Assembly: GCF_964204645.1 (NCBI RefSeq)
Contig: NC_134031.1
Coordinates: 6,200,001-6,264,000 of the forward strand
Origin: Tubulanus polymorphus
Taxonomy: Eukaryota; Animalia; Nemertea
Direction of reading: 5' to 3'
Length of the DNA stretch: 64,000 bases
The translations under genes and the position numbers were made by a program. Shown one piece after another: positions 1 to 14,003 of the stretch (position 1 is its first letter; each line of letters begins with the position of its first letter). The notes under the pieces are model-generated. The model ran no database searches, had not been told where the DNA came from, and saw only the letters and a program-made list of their open reading frames with translations.

Positions 1-3000
1 CGTGAGACAAGTACCCAGTCTTCCTCGTCGGACCCATCGTCCGCTACTTCAGCAACTATTTCCTCTGGCATATTAGTATTACCAACAGCGACTTTCTCCG
101 AAGTAACATGCTCCGGGTTTGCTTCCTTTACTCGGAATGATTCCTCACTGTCACGCAAAGGAGTAGCCAAAGGTAATAACTTGTTCCTATGCAGAATCCT
201 CCTACCCCCATCTTCAATTCTTTTTACCTCGTAAACAGGTACATCTCCAGTTACCTTGCTTTCTACGATATAAGGCACCGATTCCCAGCGGTCAGCTAAT
301 TTATGTCGTTCCCTAAATCCTTCACGCTTGACCAACACCATATCACCGGGCGTTAATTCTGCACTCTTAGCTCTCCTGTCATATAACTCTTTCCGTCTAT
401 CCCCTTGCCTAGACAAGTGATCTGCTGCCAAATTCCACGCCACTTCCAATTGATTTTCCATCTGCTTCACATACTCTGTTGTCGACGTCACACTTTCTTC
501 ATTACCCCAACCAAATTTCTTATCAACTGACAGTCTGGGTCTTCTTCCGAACATAAGGTAGAATGGCTCAAAGCCTGTCGACTCGTGGGGCGTACAATTA
601 TACGCATACACCAATGCATTAATATGCCTCCGCCAGTTTCTCTTTTCCTCGGGCGGCAAACTACCCAGTAGTCGAATCAACGTACCATTAAACCGTTCCA
701 CAGCACCATTGCCCGCAGGGTGATACGGTGTAGTTCGGGTTTTCCTCATACCGGTCAACTCGCATAACTCCTTGATCACACGACTTTCGAAGGCAGGCCC
801 CTGATCCGAATGAAGTTGAACAGGCGCTCCGAATTTCAGCACCACTTCGTTGAATAAACACTTAGCCACCGTTCTAGCCGTCTCATTTTTAGTCGGAATA
901 GCCATCGCAAACTTAGTGAAATGATCGGTCATAACAAGCACCTTTTCGAAACCTTGACTCGGCTCCAATGTTAAAAAATCAATGCACAGTAACTCCATAG
1001 GGTACGATGTCTCAATGCTGACCAGCGGGGCAACTTGTGTAGGCGTCGAAGCCTTCAGCAGCACACAGCGCTTACAACTCTTCAAATATTCCTCGACATC
1101 GGATTTCATTCCGGGCCAATAACATCTTCGTCTCAATAACGCCAACGTTTTGTCACGGCCGGGATGCCCCAACCGATCGTGCAAACAGTCAAGCATCTCC
1201 GCCCTCTCCGAATAGGGCAACCAAACTTTCAGCTCTGACACTCTATTTTCAACAACTCTGCGGTACAAAACATCATCCAGAAGTTCCAGCGACTTAAAAA
1301 CCCGACAGATCCCGTACTCCCATGGCTTAGCTGGCCGGAATCTTGTCTTGGTCCTTAAACAAGAAACAACGCGTCGAATAGTCGGGTCTCGCTCCTGCAA
1401 TTTCCGCATGTCTACCTCTGCTACCCCTCCGGCTTTCGTCACAGGGACTGACGGACTTACGGTACAAATTGCTGCAAAGACGTCAGCAGTGATCCGATTT
1501 AATGGACTTCGACTCAGCGCGTCTGCATCCCGCATATTAGCGCCACTATGGTATTCGAGTTCCAAATCGTACACTGATAAAGCCTGTAGCCAGCGATGTC
1601 CCGTGGCATCCAGTTTCGCAGATTTCAACACATAAGACATGGGGTTCGAATCAGTATGGACACAATATTTGTTACCATACAAGTAATCGTGGAACTTTTC
1701 CGTCGCCGCCCATTTCAGAGCCAGGAACTCAAGCTTGTGCGCAGGATACTTCTTCTCTGAAGCATTCAATCCTCTACTTGCGTAAGCGATTACCTTCTTT
1801 ACTCCCTTTCCATCTGTTTGGTATAGGATCGCACCTAATCCATCATGAGCTGCATCCGTATGAAGCTCGAAGGGTCTATTAAAGTCTGCGAACCCTAAGA
1901 TGGGGCTTGACGTCAACATCTCCTTCAACCTCGTGAATGCGTTTTCTTCATCCTGTCCCCACTGTACCTCAATCCTCCGTTCCGCTGTCTTACGTTTCCC
2001 CTTAAGATTCGTGACTCCCGTTAACAATTTCGTTAACGGAGCAGCTACTCTGGCATAGTCCTTTATAAAGCGTCTATAATAGCCCGAAAACCCCAGGAAT
2101 TGTCGCACTTCAGTTACGGTTCTAGGGGCCGGCCAATCCTTCACAGCACTTAATTTCGCTGGATCGGGTTCAACTCCCTTTTCAGAGATCCTGTGCCCGA
2201 GGTAAACAACTGCTGACCGTAAAAACTCACATTTTGAGGGTTTCAACTTCAGTCCTGCAGCAGCAAGTCGATCCAACACATGCTCCAACCGCTCAACATG
2301 CTCCTCGAATGTGTCCGAAAAGATAAGTATGTCATCGATGAAAACCAGACATTCACGGAGGTTTAAATCCGCCAGAGTCCTTTCCATTAAGCGCTGGAAC
2401 GTTGACGGTGCATTTGTCAACCCGAAGGGCATCACGTTAAACTCCCAAAATCCATAACCCGGCCCGACATTGAAGGCAGTTTTCGGCTTATCCTCCTCTT
2501 TCACTTCGACTTGCCAATATCCCGCCTTCAGGTCGAGAGTGGTGAAATACTTGGCACCGGCAACACTTTCAACTAATTCATCCGCGCGGGGAAGAGTCTG
2601 CCGATCTTTCACGGTCCTCCGATTGAGGGTCCGATAATCCACGCAAAATCGAAGACCGCCATCCTTTTTCCGGACGAGAACTACCGGTGATGACCATGAA
2701 CTAAAAGATGGACGGATGATTCCTGTGGACGCCATCCTGTTAAGGTGATCCCTCACCTCGTTCACCATGGACGGAGGAACTCGTCGATACCTCTCCTTGA
2801 ACGGTACATTATCAGTCAAATTGATCTCATGTCTAATCGCGGAAGCACGTCCAGTATCTTCATCAGCGACCGAAAAAATTCCTTTATGCTTTCGCAGAAC
2901 GTCTTTCAACCGGAGAAGCTGCCCCGGAGTCGTCTCGCAACCTTCCCAGTTGAAAAAGTCAAAAAACTTATCATCTGCTCCTGACCCTATTGCACCACAC

Positions 3001-3029
3001 TGTCGCTGCAGAGGATTCGCACTATTCAT
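1..3029 (-). mobile_element. pol: Ty3/Gypsy LTR retrotransposon pol ORF (RT - RNase H - integrase), open through the left window edge
   Basis: Minus-strand translation from ATG 3029: SPVVLVRKKDGGLRFCVDYRTLN, TTLDLKAGYWQV, CLVFIDDILIF (RT), ELHTDAAHDGLGAILYQ (RNase H), HDRLGHPG...CKRC zinc finger, LCIDFLTL / LHSDQGPAFES / GNGAVERFNGTL (DDE integrase). The ORF track lists no minus-strand ORF here, consistent with no stop before position 1. Lies in an intron of the CAT gene, antisense. Confidence 0.95.
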
Positions 3030-3443
3030 CAGCTTCGGCTCCACTCGACGCACACCCTCAATGCGGAACGTTTAGTTTTCCAACAATAATGAGGGGTGGT
3101 AGGTTGTCATGCAATTCAAGTCATCATTTATTACACGTTACTTCCGTGTTGTTGAAAATCTCGTGAGTCCTGGACCAAACCCCATTGAACAATGTGATCT
3201 GTGTGCTGGCCACAAATGCACACAGATCACACTACACTACTACCCATTACACACTCCAGTACCCAGAGCTTTCATATATCCATCCAAATATTTAGAGTGT
3301 CTTTCTTCCTGGATGTACATGTATGAGTCCCATGAGAGTCCCATGCGTACCCAGGTTCAATGTGGAATAAACTCTTCTTCTTTAAGTAGGGTTTCTAAAA
3401 CGTGGGTTTTGCGGAAAACTCTTGCATTTAACCCATGGGGCCA

Positions 3444-3560
3444 TGTTTCTAGCGTAGTGTAGATGCGTAATGCGGGTATAAGAAGCAAGTGCAGACGAGC
3501 CTGTAGTTGTTCATGCTTATTATTTGATGTATCGGTTAGACTGATATTAATCTCAGTACA
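3444..3560 (-). repeat. Candidate short 5' LTR (117 bp, TG...CA) of the Gypsy element
   Basis: Minus strand reads TGTACTGAG...CTAGAAACA followed immediately by TGGCCCCATGGG (PBS-like TGG start). The second LTR is outside the window, so unverified. Confidence 0.35.
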
Positions 3561-3818
3561 TGTATTTCAGAGTTGATAAGCAAAACTTACAGTTGTTGAT
3601 ATAACGGCTTATTCCGACATTTTCGAAGTTTTGACTGGAAATAAAAATTGTCGTTTCATATTCGTCTCTCTGGTGACGTAGTTTAGTCAAAACTTCGAAA
3701 CTGTAAGAATAAACTGTTAAATCATCAACTGTCGGTTTGCCCATATATCTTTAACCGTTTATGCACTATTCCCTACTTGTGTCACGCTTATTTCACGCTT
3801 TTCGGTGTCTTTTTTTAG

Positions 3819-6800
3819 TCGTTCTGTCGCTCGGTGTTAAAGAGTCGTCTCGGTTTAATAACATATTCACCGGCGTGAACCTGCTCGTCGTTCTGTACGT
3901 CATCGTTTGTGGATTATTCAAAGTCGACATCAAAAACTGGACGATACCCCCTGAAGATGTAAGTGAAATACCCTCTTACGCGCGGCCACTTTTATGGGAA
4001 ATCCACCTCGTGAATTATTGATATTATATGAAGCTGTAAAAGCAAACCTTGTAGAAATTTTCATTGTAATTCATTTCGTTGAATTTTTTGCCTTAGTCGT
4101 ATTTGCGATATCTTCGGTGTTTGAAAGGGGGAAAAATGAACCAGTCTTTGTAATATTGTATCAACCATTGTTTCCGTTGTAATTTCAGGTGCCTCCTAGT
4201 TCCGACCCGCGTTATGAAAACGGCGAAGGGGGATTTTTTCCGTTCGGCTTCAGCGGAATGATGTCCGGTGCTGCCACCTGTTTTTATGCATTTGTTGGCT
4301 TTGACGTTATTGCGACCACAGGTAGTGTATCGCCAACAAATTAATAGCCAGGAAAAGAATAATAATAATCATAATAATGATAAACATTTATAAAGCACCT
4401 GAAGAATGATTGAATGAAATTAGTTTATTTTCAACGAGTTAACTCTTGAGTTAGATCTTACAACTGTGGAACCGGGTCCTGTACTACTGCTGGTGGTTTT
4501 TCCATAGAATAGATCATAGTAGCCTATATTATAGAATCCTAACGCTTGCTTTTTGCAGGTGAAGAAGTTCAGAATCCGCAGAAAGCTATCCCTATCGGAA
4601 TAATCTTGTCGTTAACCGCGTGTTTCTTGGCGTATTTTGGATTGTCGGCCATCGTTACGTTGATGACGCCGTATTTTATGTTACACTCAAAAGCGCCGCT
4701 ACCTCTGGTGTTCGAAAGCGTTGGATGGGGTATAGCTAAATATATCATAGCTATTGGCGCTGTTTGCGGACTGTCGACCAGGTTTGTATAACTTAGAAGT
4801 CAATTCTATTTTCCTTAACAATCATTAGTGAATCAAAAATTGTGGTTTATATTGGTTGTTTTTCTCGGTATTAGCAAAGCAATACGCCCTATAATCTTAA
4901 GCGTAGTAGATTTTAGTGTATGTTGCGAAATACTTTTGCGCAATTAATAGGCTGAAGTTGTTTTCTTGAAGCATGGAAATTCCTCACGGTTGATATAAAT
5001 AGTATAAATACTACAAAAATATTTTCTATAGAAATGATTCGTTCATTTACTGGCATTCATTCATATTCGATTATGGCGGGAACTGCTGGTATATTGGAAT
5101 TGTGCCAGCGCATTGTTTTCTATCTATCATAGCGCAAAGGATATTCATTAAGACTGATCGGTTTTATTCAAAACGAAACATTCTTTTATCCTTGGGGACT
5201 GGTTTACTAGAAAAGATCAGTATAAAAATGTTATCGCGGCATTGAAAATGTGTATTTATTTGACATTTTGTTTTCATGTGACACTTGGCCTTGTACTATA
5301 GCTTGGTTTTGTTGACTGTACTGGATATGCACTCTTGTACTATTAAATTGAAATGCTGCCAACTTAAGCGTTATGTTAAAAAAAAATTCACTCATTCGTG
5401 TTTCAATTTGTTATGTCGCTCCGTTGTGGGGGGTTGATATTTTCTTTTTATTCTACCATGCTCTCCTGCCTCTTTTAACACTCAGTACATGTAAGATTGT
5501 TAAAAATCTTGGAGTGATTTCAAGTTTCTCGCTCTTCCAATACGGCTGCCAGAGCAGACATTTTGAATTTCTTGCTTCAGACACTTGAAATGATTTGTAG
5601 TTTTCTTGAAACTTGGTATTTATGATGGTCCATAGATGACATCTTCTAGTATTGAAAATCAAGTGTCTCGTTCTTTCGACTGCATACCTTTTAGCATTAC
5701 CGACGGAGGTGACGTACGTAGTGTTCTGCCACTTTCTATGTCAAATTCAATTTCAACATGATGGTATTGATAATACTAATAGTAAATACATTTCTATAGC
5801 GCCCTATGTACCTATAATCTCTTTTTTCCAAATTTCAGTTTGCTAGGTGCTATGTTTCCGCTACCTAGAGTTATCTATGCGATGGCGAGCGATGGACTGC
5901 TATTCAAGTTTTTAGCCAGAATCAACGAACGATTCAAAACGCCGCTCATCGCCACTTTCCTGTCTGGACTTTTAGCCGGTAAGACTCAGCGCTCAGTTAC
6001 GTAATGCTCTTCGTTCATTTGTTAATTGGTTGGTGTTTAGCCAAAATGTAAGTGATTGTGGAAGTAGTCACATGATTAACATTTGTCAAGTCTGACCTTC
6101 ACGGGAAAATAATTTTTTCATGGATTCTCGATTAAGGCTCAGAAATCAGAGTAAAGTAATCTGAGTATACAGGTGCGGATCCAGGGGGGTAATTGAGCAT
6201 ATTTCATTCCTAATATTAACCAGGAACATGCTCAGAACGCACCAAAATGCATCTGATTTTTCAAAATTTTCTGCAGGGGTACCCAAATTTTTGATGCTCC
6301 GTGCCTGAGGCGCTCGCAGGTGATGGCTGCGTTGTCATTACGAGCAACAAATGCGTCTAATAATGACCCAATACATAAAAGCCCACTCTATGTATATCAA
6401 TACAATTTAAAGTGAATTTGAAGGAAGAAACAACACTATTACTCTCGATTGAGACCATTGACGGTTTAGAACTTTTACAATATCCGAAATGCGTTGTCGT
6501 AACATTTTCCTCAATGAAAACTTCATTTCGTGTTTGAATCTTGTAAATCCAACCGGTGATAAGATTTCTTGTATGATTCGGTAGAGTATGCCTTGTCGAG
6601 TGTTTCGTGATATTCATTGTGCATTTGTTTACAGGTATAATGACGACAGTGTTTGATTTAAAAGAATTAGTCGATATGATGTCTATCGGTACTCTATTAG
6701 CGTATACGCTAGTCGCTATATGCGTTCTAGTATTGAGGTATGTTTGCGTACTTTTATCACCGATAGCTTATCGGTCGTAGTTGTGTTTTTAAATGATCAA

Positions 6801-9800
6801 TCGGTACGATATAATTATATTTTTGCTGCAGATATCGGCCGGATCCAATCAGCTATCCGCAAGGCGATGATCAGAGTCCTGTGAACAGCGACGATCTTAT
6901 CGTCGGCAGCGTCGAGTTGGATACTGCCGAGGGCGCCGGACCGGGCAAGAACACGATTATTAATCCGAAGTAAGTAAGAGCATTCGAAACGATCCACCAG
7001 ATAAAGCCTGAGGTTAGGCTAAAAGATTATCCATTTTGAAAACTGCGATAGAATTTGTCATCACTAATCCGTTCATTTCTACAGCTACTGGGTCTGTAAT
7101 GGTTAGCTTGATTACAAAAAGTAATGTACAGGATAGATACCGGTAGGCAGCCGGCCGGTTGGGTCAACTTTAGAATAGCAAAGAATCTACCCGGTATATC
7201 AAAGAATGCTCAAATGTTATAATTTTGCAGTTGTATATGAGGCTGAATATATGGCAAAAAAATGCAACTGTATACCCTTAATGGGCTTCACACGCCTGAA
7301 AGAAATATGTGAAAATAGAAATTAGTGATGCTCGTTGCTTTCGTACTTGACCTTCATTTTGTTGACGAGTGAGAATTATAAAGTAGATTCAAGCATTTAA
7401 TGCTGAATGACATGTTTCATAGTGATTTATGGTTTGCAGGATAGAAATGGTTGATTTAAACCCAGACAGCAGGCATGTATAATACACACTCGTGGAATTC
7501 ATCATAATGTTTTGATTATGGCTTTAGCATTAATTAATTCTCCTTGCAATACGACGTTTTCCGAAACTTTTGTTCAGATTCTTAACATCCTCTTGACTAC
7601 CACCAACGGCATCAGTGGCGGAATTATGCCACGGCATGGGGGTTGGCGCACTTTTCGGATATTGCATCAACTGCACATTATTAGATCGAACTAAGCCATA
7701 TGTACCGGTATATAGATAGCAATATTCCCCAAAAAAAAAATCAGAAAAATATCTCGCACGTGGTTTTCGCGGCGGTTCGGTAATTAAGAGGTTTAGAAAT
7801 TTCATCGCGCGCTTCACAAATTTATGTAATTGTTTCGATGACACGATACGTTGCACCATGTTTATTCAATTCCGATCAACTTCAATTTTTCATCAGATCG
7901 ACTAATATTGAATTTTGGGGATTAACCCTTAACCTGCCGCAGGTGACTTAAATCGACTTACTGGGGAGTTATGTCTGTAAGTGACTTAGTTGACAAACTG
8001 ACCTCTCATGCGTTAAAAGTTTTTATTCTCTATGTCCATAGAGAGTATAACCATTGGCAAAATGCTATTCTGTGTTGTAATGATATATAGAGAATCCCAC
8101 ACTAATAAACCGAGAAAGATGAAGTCCGAAAAGTTTCCTTCAAGCTAATGATTTATTGAATCAACGTTTCGCATATAACCTAATACGTAGTCATCTTCAG
8201 GAATGGAAGATTCTAGATGACGATAAAGTTATAGTCGAAACTTTGATTCATTCATTCATTAGCTTGAAGGATACTTTTCGTACCTCATCTTTCTCGTTTT
8301 ATTAGTGTAGGATTCTCTATATTAAAAGGATATTTGTGTGTTTTTCGACCCCCAGAAATTACCCTGCCCAGCAGACCTTTTGGAATCAAAGGTTGATTTT
8401 TTTGCCACCATTCCATTATAAACTACACTTGTGAAGTTTCATTTCCCTATGTTATAAAGATTTAATACGTAAATGTTAATGTCATGCCATTCACTTGGTA
8501 TAGACCAAACTCTTTAAAGATTTACGCCAGCTGTCTTCCTGACACTCTAGACCAGACTAAGCAGGTTAAGGGTTACGGTTTCACTGATTTGACTCCATCA
8601 TTCGTTCCAGTCAAGATGTTCGATAAACGATACTTGTTGTGATGCCTCTTTTGCTGATTTGATTTCAGTTTCCGAGAAGACGCGATCGGGCCGGACGAAA
8701 TACGTTCCAGCGATCCGATCTACAACAAACCGGCCCAACTTTCCTATACCTCGCACGAAATTGTCTATCAGTTATTTTTGCCGTCAAATATAATTGCTAC
8801 CGAATTATCGGCGAGTATAGCTGGAGGATGTGTGGCAGTATTAGGTAAGTAGTATCCTGTGAATGACCAATCTTAACCCTTTCAGTGCTGACTAGTTAAT
8901 ACCCTATAGGGCTAGAGATAATTTGAAAATTTTTGAAAATTCCACCCTTGTGTGTTGAATAACGGGAATACCACTATAGTGTGTCTACAACGCGGCGCGG
9001 TGTATCGTTAGTTACTAATATTTCACTATGTTTGACACGTGCTGCCATTTTTCAAGGAGATAATTACTAATTACTAATTAAATCAATACACTGCAGCGCG
9101 GTGTACTAGCAAAATCCATCACCGATTTATACACCGCACTGAAAGGGTTAAAGTCATGCCTAAATCGTTTTGGATTAACCAGTTTGTACTTATGACGCCA
9201 TTTTCAAATGTCTTTATACAGGGTTCCTCATAATTGCAATAACTGCAATAATGATATTTCTAATGGATAATCTGATGGCTCATGATGGCTGGGTAATAGC
9301 TATCATAGTCTTACTGTCCATTCTGTTCTTACTGGTGTTCATCTCTTTATGGAGGCAGCCGCAAAATGTGCGAAATTTGAGTTTCAAGGTGGGTTTTGAT
9401 TTCCGAATAGCTTCGATATGATTTCGAAATGGTTACCAGCGCTTACCTGCAACTATTTCATTCATTTTTCAGGTTCCATTTGTACCAGTTCTACCTGTAG
9501 TCAGTATGTTCATAAACATTTATCTCATGTTGAAACTATCATCCGGTACATGGATCCGATTTGCCGTCTGGATGCTTATAGGTATGTAGAAGTAATAGTA
9601 GAAGTAATAGTAGTAGTGCTTCGCGCTGTATCGTTATCTTGGCTGGTGATCAATTTCGCGAAGTCAAGCTTTATGTCATTAAAACTACCTTTAAAGCATT
9701 AAAAAACTGGCTTTTTAAAGGCTAGTTTATTGCTTTGATTTTTATGGTAAAACTCTTATAATTAGCTTTCATACTATTTTAAATTGTGTTACCTTCACCC

Positions 9801-10448
9801 ATCAAATATCTGTTATTCTTTGCCACTAACGAAGCTGATTTACCAAGCGTCGTATACATTGGATTGTTGGTATAAGTGGACTTCAAAATCTATACGATCA
9901 AGTCTTTGCACTTATTCAAACCAAGACCATTGACGCAGTTCCGCAGAGAATTTGTTTGTAAATTGACAGCATCTGGGGACTCTAGGCCTAGTGGGCATAA
10001 ACAAATGCTTTGTATGACTCGACTTCAGTTGAGCTGCTATGTGGAAGTTTGAAAGAGTCTATCGAAAAATGAATGCAGGGAACTTTTTTTCACGATTACT
10101 TATTTCTAGTATATGAAATATAATGGAAATGAAGTGATCTTGATGTATTTGTTGATGTATTGATGTGATCTTGATGTATTTTTCGATGTATTCTATATAT
10201 GAATCGATGTATTTGTAGGTTTCCTGATTTATTTCGGGTACGGTATGGCGCACAGCGAGGAAAACAAACGCTATCAAGCGGATAAAAAGCGCAGGGCCAG
10301 CATTCCTGAACCGACGATCGTCAGCAACAGTTCGCAGGCGTATCTTGTGAAGAACAACGTCTCGCTGGCTGTAGACGGGATTACCGACAATGAGATCGAC
10401 ATTATCAATCATCACCGCAATTCTGGTTCATACAATGGCGATATTTAA
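3819..10448 (+). CDS. Cationic amino acid transporter (SLC7A1-4/slimfast-like, APC superfamily), 5' exons outside window
   Basis: GT-AG exons in continuous frame: 3819-3958, 4189-4321, 4559-4781, 5839-5978, 6635-6737, 6832-6969, 8669-8844, 9222-9388, 9473-9581, 10219-10448(TAA). Motifs [102 protein letters not shown]. Confidence 0.95.
7926..8572. mobile_element. piggyBac-type non-autonomous element with a nested fold-back insertion
   Basis: TTAA|CCCTTAACCTGC ... GCAGGTTAAGGG|TTAC: 12-bp TIR, CCC termini, near-TTAA target duplication. Confidence 0.65.
8085..8322. mobile_element. Fold-back Penelope-type miniature element with degenerate hammerhead motifs
   Basis: Imperfect palindrome ATATAGAGAATCC...GGATTCTCTATAT; minus strand CTGAAGA...GAAACGTT at about 8163-8200, eroded mirror copy on plus strand. 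Confidence 0.6.
8877..9147. mobile_element. piggyBac-like MITE family A, copy
   Basis: TTAA|CCCTTTCAGTGC...GCACTGAAAGGG|TTAA; near-identical copies at 26284, 27999, 32635. Confidence 0.9.
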
Positions 10449-10534
10449 GTCGCGTGAATTTAAAAAAAAAAAACGGATTACAAATTTTTCTGCGTCAAAA
10501 AAATTAAAACAAGCTTTACAGGTGTTATAACATA

Positions 10535-10755
10535 CAGAGCTGCCAACTGTTCTCGATTTTCAGTATTTGTTACTATTTCATAACGAGAAATACTGATTTG
10601 ATTTGTTTGATACGTACAGAAATATGAACGATATAACTGAGGGTCTTACTGTTGATTACTGATTGATTTGAACATTTTCTTTCATATTTCGATGAAATGT
10701 TACTGAAAAAAATTCAATTTGTTACTGATAGCTTTTTTAGTGGTTGGCAGCCCTG
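10535..10755. mobile_element. MITE with CAG(A/G)GCTGCCAAC terminal inverted repeats
   Basis: CAGAGCTGCCAAC ... GTTGGCAGCCCTG, internal TTACTGA repeats. Confidence 0.6.
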
Positions 10756-11372
10756 GACACCATCTTAAAGCCTAAAGCCTACTGCCGGGCTGAAGCTGAT
10801 TACTTTTGAACCATCAAGTATAGTAATAATCATTGCAGGGTTTTCACAGATCAGGAAAAGCAGGGAATTCCCACATTTTACCTCATTGGGACAATCAGGG
10901 AATTTCATCCCTGGGTCGTATCTCTAATCGACCTGTTTTTTTTCGTGTTAACAGCTTTCGATGACGATCCACTTCAAACTGAATTACATCGGCCTGCTTA
11001 TAAACAATAAACTGAGCAGCTGCTGATTGGAAGAAATCCAGGGGACTTATGAGCCAAGTCCGTTAGAATTTGTTTTGAGTGTCCCTTTGCATTTTGACAA
11101 CATAGATAATTGGTTCATTGGGACATCAAAGTTCCCTTTTGGGATGTGACAAGTTCTTCAAATTTGGCCAATAATCTGTATTAATGGATCATGTGGTTGG
11201 TGAATTTGAAACTTCTGAATGTCCTTGATCTGTGGCGACCCTGTGGACAGCCCGTGTATCATGTAATCGTTGCTTTCCAGACACACGTGGAAAACAAATA
11301 GATTTTGATTGTTTTTGTCCCTGATCCATTGAAATAGACCTTATACTACTATTCACATGGTGATATTCAACC

Positions 11373-11694
11373 TAGGGATCATTCATTTATTACGTACGCA
11401 TAAGATTTGAATTTTTCAACCCCCTCTGTATGCAAAATTGGCCATTTTTTCATATACGTTAAGCATTACAGTACGCAATTGCTCTGACCCCTCCCCCCTG
11501 CCCTAATGCGTACGTAATAAATGAATGACCCCTACAGCTATCTATGAAGTGCTGAGAAGTACTGAGCACTCGGGATCATTCATTTAATGTGTACGCATAA
11601 AATTTGTATTTTAATATACATTAAGCATTACAGTACGCAATTGCACTTACCCCTTCCCCTGCCCTAACGCATGCGTAATAAATGAATGACCCCT
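11373..11694. mobile_element. Two adjacent copies of a short MITE (TIR GGGATCATTCATTTATTACG)
   Basis: Copies about 11373-11534 and 11572-11694, each ending CGTAATAAATGAATGACCCC and sharing TTAAGCATTACAGTACGCAATTGC. Confidence 0.75.
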
Positions 11695-13700
11695 GTTATC
11701 TCAGTGATGACACTAACTTGACGACCGTTTCGACAGTCTGGACTCACCCCTGAAGTTGTCGCTGTTGTATTTGGTGGCTTGAATTCAATGCGATATTGAA
11801 TTGCAAACATTCCATCAATATAGAATTCATGGAAGTAGCAATATTTGCATTTATGAGCGGTGACAGGGATTCAAATACAATTTCATCATTTTCCAATGCT
11901 GTGTCACTAATTTTGTGCACACGTTACCGATAAAAAGAGCAAATAAACGGGAGAAATGATCGCTTGCGTAAGAAATCTATTTCATGCTACTAAATGAGTT
12001 TGTACGGTCAAATTCACCTCGGTTTACGGAAATACGTTTGAAATTAAAACATACTGGTATTACACAGTTCTAGTCCACTTAATCCAGTCATTACTGGCGG
12101 GATATATTTCTCGATCTTGCGCTATGACGGCCGAGATTTTTATTCGGGAATATAATAGATAAAGAATCCACAGCTTCCTAGAAATCATGCCATTATTTTG
12201 GTATTTGCACGCCCATTTCATATTATTACGATGTATTTTATAAGTGCCAATCATGATTTTGAAGTCTGGACACATGAAGAGATTCATATTGCTGAATGCC
12301 AAGCTCAAGAGTTCAATGCTCGTGAGATTCTACCTGAAAAGGCCGGCAAAGAACCGTTGCGCGCAAATATTGCAATGGGCTATATGGGTTGGGCGAAACA
12401 CATAAAGAGCCCACAGTGGCAGCACAACTAGCCAGCTACGAGTACTGGACAGCTCTGAACTTGATACAGACAGGAATATGAATTTTGTCGTCTGCATGAG
12501 GCCCTTGCAGCTCAGCTATGTTAGATGACATACTTTATTGGCTTTAAATCATTAACTCAGAAAGATACCAAGGGCGGATCCAGGAGGGCCTGTGAGACTT
12601 GTACAACTCCATCAAATATTTTTGAGCGTGCTTTTCTATTTTGTCAACAATGATTATTGGAAATTAGCTTTTTCGACATCCAAGTGGCCTTTTGAGAGTT
12701 GACAAGTCGAGTCCTTCAAAATTGGCCTGAATCCGCCCCTGATATGCCTGGTCAGGGTAATTAATAGATTGTATGATCAACCATTTATATGATCGGTAAG
12801 CGCCTTATTGTTTCTGCAAGTATGACAATTTAATCCTTTTGCATGTTGACTATACTTGGTATGGTTACTCTAGCGCGAACTTCTAGCGCATGTGTAGATA
12901 ATGTTGCCTTGTAAATAATTGGGATTTTAGCTTTTTCAATTGAATTTTTATCGGTGTGTGAATTTGCTTTGTGTTTGTTTTGTAATTAGTCGTTTTGCTA
13001 TGTGATTGCAAAGTTATTCCATCGGCCTTCTGATTTATGGGTTACAGGGGCTCGGCGGTCTATATTTTTTATCCATAGCCTACTGATTTTCGGGTTACAG
13101 TGGCTTAAAATTTCGCATTGTTGTAAATATTTTGTAAATGAAACGAGAAAAAAATTTGATAATGACCAAAAAAAAGAGAATTTAATTCAGTAATGGACAT
13201 CAGTATTTAAGGTTATTTGAACAGAGGCTATAGTACATATACATATATGCACCGGCCATGACTTCGTGTGAGTCTCTCAAATAAGTATTTATACATGTAC
13301 TGCTAAATGATTTGTACAGAAATAGAAAACGATTTTCTGATTTCACTATTTATTGTAAATGATAGTGTTTTAGGTGCCTTTTCTATGCTACATGCTACCA
13401 AGTTACCAAACAATATCAGGTAATGTAATATAATGTATGACCTTCATTTATGCCGTGGTTCGATTTTGCTTATCTTGCACTTGGCGTAAATCCTTTAACA
13501 ATTTTTACTCCGTTTTAATGATCACGGAGATTTTGCTTTTGATTTAGAATCTTTGATGACCTACCGGTATGTTATAATGTTCTGCCATTGCTTACGACCC
13601 TAGGATAAATCATGAAATCATTTCTGACTTGAGCAATTTATTCCGTGTGAAGCCCCCATACATATCTGTGATGGGGGCGATAGGCCTATATATGGGCACT

Positions 13701-14003
13701 AAAGCCTAACTCAGGTCGCATAAGGTCCGACTGGATCATTGGATCGTAGGGAATCAGCGATCAAATCGGAACAGATCCTATGTGACCTGAGTGTACTTAC
13801 GACCGTAGCGAATGAACAGCGATGTACACATCATATGACTTAAAGCATTCGGTTCAAAAATGATCGCGGATCTCAGGTGACCTGTGTGTAGCTAAGATCC
13901 AACAAATGATTCGTAGCGGAATCAGCAACTCGCGATGTGACATTTCTAAAAACTGAATTGCAGATGATCGGATCGGATCTTAGTGCGATCTGAGTTAGGT
14001 TTT
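13701..14003. mobile_element. MITE (TIR AAAGCCTAACTCAGGTCGCA), Harbinger-like
   Basis: AAAGCCTAACTCAGGTCGCA ... TGCGATCTGAGTTAGGTTTT; related partial copy at about 32311-32460. Confidence 0.6.

Noticed and set aside
1348-3462. Plus-strand ORFs overlapping the Gypsy element as possible antisense genes or gag
   Set aside because: Short, no recognisable motifs; expected shadows of a long coding frame.
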